From Planctomycetota bacterium (GTDB lineage Bacteria > Planctomycetota > Phycisphaerae > Sedimentisphaerales > Anaerobacaceae): a DNA stretch of 64,000 bases. The notes under the pieces were generated by a model, which was not told where the DNA came from, made no database searches, and was given only the letters and a program-made list of their open reading frames with translations. Shown piece after piece: positions 45,378-53,244 of this stretch (position 1 is its first letter; each line of letters starts with the position of its first letter). The translations under genes were made by a program, and so were the position numbers. The stretch spans positions 1,131 to 65,130 of the forward strand of contig JBHPEQ010000004.1 of assembly GCA_042576845.1 (NCBI GenBank), in the 5' to 3' direction.

Positions 45378-48300
45378 ATGAAAAAGATAGTTTTTATATG
45401 TATGTGTCTACTGTTTACAGCGGGCATTGCTCTTGCGGACTGGGACGAAGGTGATGGCCACAAGATGCATTATCCACAACTGCCGAAACTTGGCGGCTTG
45501 GATGTGGCGTTCAATTTTAGCAGATTAGCTGACGACTGGAAATGTTCACAAACCGGGCCGGTCGAGGACATCCACTTCTGGGTCTCCTGGCAGTACGACG
45601 ATGTCCAGCCAATCGATGGTTTCAGCGTAAGAATCTGGTCGGACAACCCCGGCGGACCAGATGGCTACAGTGAGCCCAACGAGCTGCTCTGGGAGCGCGA
45701 TTTCGATATTGGCCAGTTTACTGTCCGAGATATGCCTGACGACTTACAGGGTTGGTTTGACCCCTTCACGGGTTTATACAATTCGCAGGACCATTTTATC
45801 TGGCAGCAGGTTAACATCATGGACATCGCCGACCCATACACTCAGGAGGAGGGAATGATATACTGGCTGGAGATTGATATGTGGGGAACAGGGCCGACTT
45901 GCGGCTGGAAAGAATCAGGCAGTCCGCACTTTACTGATGATGCGGTGGTCTGGGATTCCCCAAGATGGCTCGAGCTAAGACATCCTGAAACCAGCGAATC
46001 TCTGGACCTGGCCTTTGTCATAACGGGTGAAGTACCCAAGGAGCCGATCAAGCATCTGAAGTGGTCACAGCCGCCTATCGAAATCGACCCTACGCTGGAG
46101 ATACCAGTTTACTGCGGCTGGGATGAGCTCTCTTACTACTTAGATATCGCTTTTCCTATCCGCAGCGCGACACCATCTGTTCCCGCTGGCACAGTTGTAG
46201 GAACATCGACGGACGGTGTAAGTCCTACTCAAGGTACGGTGAAATCCGTCCCGGCATCTGCAGCTATCGCAAATGTGGCTATCTTCCAGGACCACAACCC
46301 CTGGGGCTCTACGTGGAACCAGGATATCCTGACCGCAAATGGCATTTCCTACACGATTCACAGTTCGGCTGATATAGGCGTGGTTAACCTCTTGGTCTAT
46401 GACAAGGTAATTCTCGCCTCTCAACAGGACGAGAGTTTCTACGCTGCCGTGGATGCCAACCGGCCCTATTTCGAGGGCTTTGCCAGTGGCGGGGGCTGTC
46501 TCTGCATGCACCTGGCTGCCTTCTCCGATGTGCCGATAGAGAACTACACGATGCCTGGCGGTTTTGTCGCTGGTGCGATGCAGGGCTACGAAGATGTAAC
46601 CATCGTTGACGCTACGCATCCGATTGTTACCACACCGCACGCCATTACCGATGCCAACCTGGACAATTGGAGTTTCTCGACGCATACCTGGTTTACCGCG
46701 TATCCTCACACTGCAGGAGAAATCATCGAGGAAGCCAGCACTGGTAATCCGTGTTGCATGGAGACACAATATGGTGCCGGCAAAATCCTCGCAACCGTCC
46801 AGCCTGTCGAGTGGGGTGGGGCCTCGTACAACTACCTTGAAAACATGATCCTCGATTGTATCCCCGCCGCCTTTCAGGCCAAACTGGTAGCCGACGACTT
46901 CCGCTGTTTGGGAGCAATGCCGGTTACAAGTCTGCACTGGTGGGGCTCGCACTTCGGCTGGGAAGAACCAGGAGCTGCCCCGCCCCAACAACCTGTTGCC
47001 TGGCAAATTGGTTTCTGGTCGAACAACCCCGGAGTGGACTTCAGCTACCCGGAGGAACTGCTCTGGCAGATTATCGCGCCTGCTGACCGCGTTGAGGTTG
47101 AAGAGGTCGGCACAGACGAATACATTGACTACCCATATGATATCTGCTACCAGTACACACTCTTCCTCGAAACCGAAGAATATTTCTGGCAGCAGGAATT
47201 CCTGGAGAACACCAATGATGATATCTTCTGGGTCAGCATTGCTGCAATCTATGACCCCGACGTGGACCTGCAATTCCCGTGGGGATGGAAAACAAGACCC
47301 GAACCTTGGATGGATGATGCGGTTTCCATCTACTTTGATGGGCCGATTAATCCGGGTATGGTTATCACTCCGGACATCGTTGTGCCGATCGAAGACCCCT
47401 GCGGAAAAAGTATGGATGTCGCCTTCGAGCTCGACACCGACCCGAATTTCATCAAATGGGAACAGCCCTTTACAGGCATCCGCGACTGGCCCCACTACTG
47501 GGATGAATACTCTATGGCTGTTAAATATCAGGAGCCTATCACCAAATGGCTTCAGTGGCCCGACTTGAGCACCCTTGGTATCGATGTTGACGCTACAAAC
47601 GATGATTGGTTTAGCTCTGCGCCGCAGATTGTAGCAGACGATTTCGAATGTACCCAGACAGGTCCGATTACGGATATTCATTTATGGACCTCATGGTATC
47701 ACGATATAACGCCTGAAGAAGACCCTGCAAATGTCGCCTTTACTCTCCACATCTACAGCGACGACCCCTGTGGGCCTGACGGCACTGACCCCGAAAATAG
47801 ATATTCCAAACCAGACAAATTATTATGGTCTCAAGATTTTACGCAGGGAACATTTAATGTCGATATCTACGCAGAGGGACTTGAAGAAGGTTATTACATC
47901 CCCTGTGAACCGTACTGGGAGTTTCCAGGCGATAGTATTTGCTTCAAATATGATTTTTACATTGATTCCGCTAATGCATTTCCGCAGGAGGGCACACCGG
48001 ATGAGCCGGTTATTTACTGGCTGGCTGTCCAGGCACATGTTCAGCCACAAGCGGCTGCCGAACCTGTCCGCTTGGGATGGAAAACCTCGACCGACCACTG
48101 GAACGACGACGCCGTCTGGGCTGTAACAGGTGAGCTGCCGTGGGATTGGCAGGAGCTAAGACATCCTGAAACCGGCGAATCTCTGGATATGGCGTTTGAA
48201 ATTACAACCGAACAGCAGGAACCGGAACTGTACCGCCTCGTAGCCGACGACTGGAAATGCAGCCAAATCAAACCGGTAACGGCTCTTAGCTTCTGGGGTT

Positions 48301-49244
48301 CGTATGAGGGTTACCTCTACGAGGCCTGTCAACCGATGCAGATGGCACCCCCAGCAAAGCCGGACTATTTCCTCCTGCAAATCTGGACCGACACACCGGC
48401 CTCCGGCGGAGCTACCAGCGGCAACTGCTGCTATCCGCATCCTTGGCCGGGTTGCGACGACCCGATTTGTGAGGCTTCGGTCTGTTCGTATGACCCCTAC
48501 TGCTGCGATGTCATGTGGGACTCCTTGTGTGCCCAGGAGGCTCTAAACGATCCGTGCTGCGACTGTGGTCTCGAGCCATTCAGCCATCCCAACGATATAA
48601 TCTGGGAGTATAAGGCCTATGATTATGATGAGGTGCTGGTCGGCTTTGACAAATTCCCTGAAGGAGAACCGGGACCACGCGAAGCGGTCTTCCGCTACTC
48701 GGTGCGCCTACCTGAAGAAAACTGGTTCCTCCAGGAAGATGTCAATAATATTTACTGGCTCAGCATTGTTGCAGTATACGATGAGACAGTCCACGACTAC
48801 TTCTGGGGCTGGACCAATCATGAACACGTTTTCAATGATAATGCAGTCGCAGGCTGGTACACCTTGGACCCCGATGACCCCGAAGAGGGGTGGTACTGGG
48901 AACCGCTCTATGACCAGACCTGGATGAGTGAGGATATGTCCTTTATCCTCTTCACTGAGCCTGTTTGTGGCAACCTGACCCCGGCACAAATTGTGACCTG
49001 GCAAGGCTGGGGCGCCCCATTGCCTCAAAATTGGTGTAATCTGTGCTGGAGATGCGGCGATGTCAACGGCGACGGATTTGTGACATTTGGTGATGTTATC
49101 CAAACGTTCAACTACTTCAATGACGCCACCAGTAACGGCGAAGGCGATGTCAATATGGACGGGTTTGAGACATTCGGTGATGTTATCGCTGCCTTTAACC
49201 ATTTCAAGTCAGGACAGGGCTGTACGCCTTTGTATTGCCAGTAG
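45378..49244 (+). CDS. Giant secreted protein: four tandem copies of an uncharacterised roughly 200-aa module (ADD[WF]xC ... GWK[TE]S ... DDAV ... LRHPETxESLD[LM]AF), two nested inserts and a C-terminal dockerin-type repeat pair
   Basis: The ATG at 45378 is preceded by ggagga. Signal peptide MKKIVFICMCLLFTAGIALA. The module anchors are at 45529 (ADDWKC), 46890 (ADDFRC), 47634 (ADDFEC) and 48243 (ADDWKC). The C-terminal repeats are GDVNGDGFVTFGDVI and GDVNMDGFETFGDVI. Confidence 0.85.
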   Translation: MKKIVFICMCLLFTAGIALADWDEGDGHKMHYPQLPKLGGLDVAFNFSRLADDWKCSQTGPVEDIHFWVSWQYDDVQPIDGFSVRIWSDNPGGPDGYSEPNELLWERDFDIGQFTVRDMPDDLQGWFDPFTGLYNSQDHFIWQQVNIMDIADPYTQEEGMIYWLEIDMWGTGPTCGWKESGSPHFTDDAVVWDSPRWLELRHPETSESLDLAFVITGEVPKEPIKHLKWSQPPIEIDPTLEIPVYCGWDELSYYLDIAFPIRSATPSVPAGTVVGTSTDGVSPTQGTVKSVPASAAIANVAIFQDHNPWGSTWNQDILTANGISYTIHSSADIGVVNLLVYDKVILASQQDESFYAAVDANRPYFEGFASGGGCLCMHLAAFSDVPIENYTMPGGFVAGAMQGYEDVTIVDATHPIVTTPHAITDANLDNWSFSTHTWFTAYPHTAGEIIEEASTGNPCCMETQYGAGKILATVQPVEWGGASYNYLENMILDCIPAAFQAKLVADDFRCLGAMPVTSLHWWGSHFGWEEPGAAPPQQPVAWQIGFWSNNPGVDFSYPEELLWQIIAPADRVEVEEVGTDEYIDYPYDICYQYTLFLETEEYFWQQEFLENTNDDIFWVSIAAIYDPDVDLQFPWGWKTRPEPWMDDAVSIYFDGPINPGMVITPDIVVPIEDPCGKSMDVAFELDTDPNFIKWEQPFTGIRDWPHYWDEYSMAVKYQEPITKWLQWPDLSTLGIDVDATNDDWFSSAPQIVADDFECTQTGPITDIHLWTSWYHDITPEEDPANVAFTLHIYSDDPCGPDGTDPENRYSKPDKLLWSQDFTQGTFNVDIYAEGLEEGYYIPCEPYWEFPGDSICFKYDFYIDSANAFPQEGTPDEPVIYWLAVQAHVQPQAAAEPVRLGWKTSTDHWNDDAVWAVTGELPWDWQELRHPETGESLDMAFEITTEQQEPELYRLVADDWKCSQIKPVTALSFWGSYEGYLYEACQPMQMAPPAKPDYFLLQIWTDTPASGGATSGNCCYPHPWPGCDDPICEASVCSYDPYCCDVMWDSLCAQEALNDPCCDCGLEPFSHPNDIIWEYKAYDYDEVLVGFDKFPEGEPGPREAVFRYSVRLPEENWFLQEDVNNIYWLSIVAVYDETVHDYFWGWTNHEHVFNDNAVAGWYTLDPDDPEEGWYWEPLYDQTWMSEDMSFILFTEPVCGNLTPAQIVTWQGWGAPLPQNWCNLCWRCGDVNGDGFVTFGDVIQTFNYFNDATSNGEGDVNMDGFETFGDVIAAFNHFKSGQGCTPLYCQ

Positions 49245-49299
49245 AGTAAAGTAATGTAAGTTGATTTTTTGAAAGAAGAAGGATCTTGCTTTGCTAATC

Positions 49300-49334
49300 A
49301 AAGGGCCGTGAGGATTAAACTTGCGGCCTTTTTT
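49300..49334 (+). terminator. Rho-independent terminator candidate after the giant gene
   Basis: aaagggccg-(15-nt loop)-cggccttttttt. The core is 5 G-C pairs extended by G-U and A-U pairs, followed by a T6 run. Confidence 0.5.
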
Positions 49335-49394
49335 GCTGGTACGGGTTTTTACCTGAGTATTTCTCGTCTTAACGGGGTGTTTTTTCAAGAGCCC

Positions 49395-49589
49395 ATGTTC
49401 GATGGCACAAAAGAAGAACTCATAACCATAGTTGGCCAGAGACCTACGGATGTTTCTTATTCAAAAAACTCTAATGGCGAACCTAACACCGTTGTTATTT
49501 ACAAGTACCATTTTCCACCTTTTAATAATTATTTTGAATTTACCTTCATAAATGATAATTTAACAAAGCAAATGACAGGTGATAAGTAA
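49395..49589 (+). CDS. Small hypothetical protein (64 aa)
   Basis: The track ORF 49269..49589 starts at a TTG and spans the terminator candidate, so the internal ATG at 49395 (MFDGTKEELITIVGQRPTD...) is more plausible. Support is weak. Confidence 0.3.
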   Translation: MFDGTKEELITIVGQRPTDVSYSKNSNGEPNTVVIYKYHFPPFNNYFEFTFINDNLTKQMTGDK

Positions 49590-49748
49590 ATCGGCAATTG
49601 TTAAAATGGTGCGGTGAAAGCATCCTTTATTTCAATGGGACAAGCTATGGATGAGAAGGAAAAAGAAACAGGAGAACAAAAGGAAAATTTGTCAAGTTAT
49701 GTAGATGGCCGGTCTTGCCGGAAAACTAACAGTTTAACCTAATAGGAA

Positions 49749-51752
49749 TTGGTAGTAATAAGGAGCATTACTATAAAGGCACAAAAATTTTTCACTTATT
49801 TCAGCCTGGCTATTGCGATGGCCTTGATTCAAATGTGTTTAACCTTCTGTGAAACTTTTGCTGGTACATCCACATCAGTGCAGGTTATCAGTGTTGACTT
49901 CAAAGACGAAGGTAGGATATTTGAAGGTATTGGTTGCTGCAGTGCAGGAGCTTCATCCAAGCTGTTAATTGATTATCCGGAGCCGTACAGAGGGCATATT
50001 ATAGACTATCTGTTCAAGCCGCTGTACGGAGCTGGACTGGACCATTTGAAGATCGAGATTGGCTCCGGGACGAATTCTACGGATGGAACTGAGCCAAGCC
50101 ATGCACGAACAAGGGCAGAATTAGAAAATCCAAAGGCCGAGTATTACCAAAGAAGCTATGAATGGTGGCTGATGAAAGAGGCCAAAAAGCGTAACAAAAA
50201 TATTTATCTTGACTGCCTGGAGTGGGGTGCCCCGGCGTGGATAGGAGGAGGGGAATTTTACTCTCAGGATAACGCCGATTACATTGTTGCTTTCATCAAA
50301 AGTGCAAAGAAGTACCACGGACTTACCATAGACTATACGGGTATTTGGAACGAGAAAGAATATGATGCTGAATGGATAAAACTGCTCCGCTTGACGCTGG
50401 ATAGAAACGGTCTTAAAGATATCAAAATTGCCGCGGCGGATATTGTTGGGGGGTGGCACATTGTTGACAATATGCTTGCCGACAACGAGCTATTCGATGC
50501 AATAGATGTTGTCACAGTACATTATCCATACTGGGATGACTACAAAAGCCCGCAGTCAGCTAAGGAGTGCGGAAAGCCTTTATGGTCTGGTGAAGACGGC
50601 CCGTGGCGAGCAGACTGGGAAGGTGCATGCGCATTGGCAAGGATATACAACCGTAACTATATTACCGGTAAAATGACCAAGACTGTGATATGGCCGCCAA
50701 CAACTTCTTTCTACGAGAACTTACCCTATGGCAATGCTGGTCTAATCCTGGCCAACTCCCCCTGGTCCGGCCATTATGAATTGCAACCTGCATTTTGGGC
50801 AACAGCTCATACAGGTCAGTTTGTTGAGCCCGGCTGGCAATATTTAGACAGCGGGTGTGGCTATTTTGAGAATGGCGGAAGCTATGTAACATTAAAGAAG
50901 CCGGAGCCAGGTGGTGATTACAGTATTATTATTGAAACAACCGATGCATCAGAAAATCAGGAGGTCGCCTTTAAGCTAAGCGAAGGGCTTTCTATAAAGA
51001 AGCTTTCGGTATGGCGAACCAACCTGGAAAGTTTCTTCGCTTGTTTAACTGATATAAATCCGAAAAATAATTCATTTACCATAACTCTGGATGCGGGTTC
51101 CATATATTCTCTTACCACCACGGCTGGTCAGCAAAGGCCCAAGGAGGCTGGACCTGTTGAATCCGGCTTTCCGTTCCCGTATGAAGATGATTTTGAAAGC
51201 TATGACACGGGTAAACTGCCGAAATACTTTATGGACCAGGGAGGTGTATTTGAGGTTGTCAAGCGGCTGAACGGTGGTGGTAAATGTCTGCGGCAAGCAA
51301 TAACTGAGGAAAGTCCTATGAGGCACTGGTTCAGTCCCAGCCCGGAGACTATTGTGGGCGACCTAAAATGGAAGGATTACGAGGTAAGCTCGGATTTTTA
51401 TATAGAAAATGAAGGTTTTGTATATATCTTCGCACGTATAGGAGCAATAAAGGAAAATAAAAGCACGCCTAATGCGTACTATCTAAAGGTTGACCAGGAT
51501 GGTAACTGGGAACTTTCTGTTGCTGGAGACCTGCTTGGGTCAGGTACTATTTCGTTTTCCATAAATAGCTGGCATAATTTAAAGCTTAAAGTTATTGGTG
51601 AAAACATTATGGCCATTATAGATGGTATTCAAGCAGCAGCGGTTTGTGATAGTACATTTAAAAGGGGGATGGTCGGGCTTGGAAGCAGCTGGTCCCACTG
51701 CCGGTTCGACAATTTTTCAGTGCAGCCTGTTACAATTAAAAGAAGATTTTAA
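49749..51752 (+). CDS. GH59-like glycoside hydrolase (galactosylceramidase-like) with C-terminal concanavalin/LamG-like lectin domain
   Basis: The N-terminal block FEGIGCCSAGASSKLLIDYPEPYRGHIIDYLFKP.YGAGLDHLKIEIGSGTNSTDGTEPSH closely resembles, from memory, the conserved GH59 galactocerebrosidase block. Signal-like N-terminus. The TTG start is uncertain. Confidence 0.75.
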   Translation: MVVIRSITIKAQKFFTYFSLAIAMALIQMCLTFCETFAGTSTSVQVISVDFKDEGRIFEGIGCCSAGASSKLLIDYPEPYRGHIIDYLFKPLYGAGLDHLKIEIGSGTNSTDGTEPSHARTRAELENPKAEYYQRSYEWWLMKEAKKRNKNIYLDCLEWGAPAWIGGGEFYSQDNADYIVAFIKSAKKYHGLTIDYTGIWNEKEYDAEWIKLLRLTLDRNGLKDIKIAAADIVGGWHIVDNMLADNELFDAIDVVTVHYPYWDDYKSPQSAKECGKPLWSGEDGPWRADWEGACALARIYNRNYITGKMTKTVIWPPTTSFYENLPYGNAGLILANSPWSGHYELQPAFWATAHTGQFVEPGWQYLDSGCGYFENGGSYVTLKKPEPGGDYSIIIETTDASENQEVAFKLSEGLSIKKLSVWRTNLESFFACLTDINPKNNSFTITLDAGSIYSLTTTAGQQRPKEAGPVESGFPFPYEDDFESYDTGKLPKYFMDQGGVFEVVKRLNGGGKCLRQAITEESPMRHWFSPSPETIVGDLKWKDYEVSSDFYIENEGFVYIFARIGAIKENKSTPNAYYLKVDQDGNWELSVAGDLLGSGTISFSINSWHNLKLKVIGENIMAIIDGIQAAAVCDSTFKRGMVGLGSSWSHCRFDNFSVQPVTIKRRF

Positions 51753-52375
51753 CATAAAAGCGCAATTGAAAGGTGAAAAGTATTTCAAAACTTATAATCA
51801 GGCAAAGGAAGTATCTACGTAGAATAAAAAGAAGAAAGGGTTTTGAGAGATATTCTTGCTTGGAGTACAAGAAATACTTTGGTGGAAGTTTGCAAACAAG
51901 GAAACAAGTTCGTTTTAAAGATTGAAAATGATTTGATTGATTTGGTCTGAGCGTTTGAACGTACATCTTAAAAAGCAACAGTGCAATACCGCACAATAGA
52001 TATATGGCTGCGTGCGAAGCAACACCTCTGCTATCTAATGTTATAATTGTATCCAAATATATAATAGCATCAAGGATAAAGCATAACGACGAAATATAAA
52101 ACAAAACATCCCAGTTATAGTTTGGAGGCTGCTATGAGGCCAGCCGTCAAGGTTATAATTTGTTTTTAAACTTTCCAAATTATAACCTTTGAAAGGATGG
52201 TCTACATATTATCTGAATATTTTTGAGATTGCGGTCCGTTCGACTCGTTTTACCCGCTCAGGGTAAACTTCTGCGCTGTCAATGGCGTAGAATGGTCAAA
52301 ACCAGCATATCAGCAAATGAAGGGGTAAAAAAAATTTTATTTTTTTTATTTTTCCGGATTTTTTCCAACATTTCA

Positions 52376-52404
52376 TTGACAGAAATTTGCTAACGTGCTA
52401 TTTT
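52376..52404 (+). promoter_or_regulatory. Near-consensus sigma70-type promoter (TTGACA-17-TATTTT) preceded by an A/T-rich UP-like tract
   Basis: TTGACA at 52376-52381, a 17-nt spacer, and TATTTT at 52399-52404. The A/T tract spans 52326-52370. It is the only near-consensus promoter I see between GH59 and rpsJ. Confidence 0.5.
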
Positions 52405-52410
52405 GCAGGT

Positions 52411-52590
52411 TTTTAGCCGTAGCGAGCATTGTCAGGGACGGCATTGCGTTTTTCAAGTTAGGCTGTGGCATTTCGTAACTGAGCATTCAGGGATGGTATT
52501 GGTAACTCTTTATATTAAGGGTACACCAGGGCCTTTTTTGGGTTTTGGGAGGACCTAAGGGTTGGGCATTTTACCCTTTTTGCCCTTTTT
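52411..52590 (+). ncRNA. Candidate small RNA with repeated CANGGANG/GGA-type motifs (Csr/Rsm-sponge-like), or alternatively a structured S10-operon leader
   Basis: It is bounded by the promoter above and by a terminator-like hairpin (gggca-12 nt-tgccc plus T5, 52564-52590). It contains CAGGGACG (52433-52440) and CAGGGATG (52488-52495) inside a roughly 23-nt direct repeat, plus AAGGGT, CAGGGC, GGGAGGAC and AAGGGT. Confidence 0.25.
52564..52590 (+). terminator. Terminator-like hairpin followed by a T-run
   Basis: gggca (52564-52568), a 12-nt loop, tgccc (52581-52585) and ttttt (52586-52590). Confidence 0.35.
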
Positions 52591-52871
52591 AACAAAAAAG
52601 GGGCGTGTAGGTCGGTCCGAACTCGTTTTCTTAAAGGAAGGTACATTTGTTGAGTTGATTTTTTAACAGCAACCTGTGGACGATTCTAATCAATAGATGT
52701 AAGGCCTCTCCTGCCAAAATCATATGAGATTGTTTTTCAACTGGAGAAAAGCTGTATAAGAACAAAAGTTTTTTCATTTTAATTTTTGTAACTTGTTTTA
52801 TTACAAGAACTTATATAATTTCAAGCTGTAAATTGAAAATGATATAGTATATTGCGAGCGGCGAAGTAATT

Positions 52872-53186
52872 ATGCCTGTTGAGACAGAAAGAATTAGAAT
52901 TCGTATGGAAGCATATGACCACAGGGCCCTTGATGCGTCAGCCAAGGAGATAGTTATGCATGCGCGCAAGACTAATGCACGTGTTAGCGGGCCGATACCG
53001 CTTCCAACACGCATCGAGAGATATACGGTTCTTCGTAGTCCTCACGTGAACAAAAAGTCCCGTGAACAATTTGAATTGCGTACTCATAAGCGACTGATTG
53101 ACATTCACGAGGCCAATGCCCGGACGGTTGAGGTTTTGAATCGTCTGGTTGTCCCTGCGGGCGTTTTTGTGAAGATAAAGGCGTAA
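52872..53186 (+). CDS. rpsJ: 30S ribosomal protein S10
   Basis: [15 protein letters not shown]...[37 protein letters not shown]. Confidence 0.97.
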   Translation: MPVETERIRIRMEAYDHRALDASAKEIVMHARKTNARVSGPIPLPTRIERYTVLRSPHVNKKSREQFELRTHKRLIDIHEANARTVEVLNRLVVPAGVFVKIKA

Positions 53187-53244
53187 ATAGCATTTTGCCT
53201 TTTCTTTTGGAGCTGAGAACCGCCGGCGGCGAGGTTTGTAAAGT

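Noticed and set aside
46140-47681. A 513-aa minus-strand ORF, plus several other long ORFs overlapping the giant gene (for example 46996..47568 and 48708..49202).
   Set aside because: These are shadow frames of a GC3-rich gene. Their products are Arg/Gly/Pro/Val-rich low-information sequences without motifs, whereas the + frame has a signal peptide, repeated modules and a dockerin.
51736-52104. A 122-aa minus-strand ORF overlapping the end of GH59.
   Set aside because: It overlaps a well-supported gene, is AT-rich and low complexity (Phe/Leu/Ile/Tyr), and has no RBS. It is likely spurious.
52786-52865. Alternative rpsJ-proximal promoters (a TATAAT at 52814-52819 and a TTGAAA at 52833-52838).
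   Set aside because: The TATAAT lacks a -35 element at 16-18 nt spacing. The TTGAAA is too close to the ATG to leave room for a -10 element and a leader. Neither was called as a feature.
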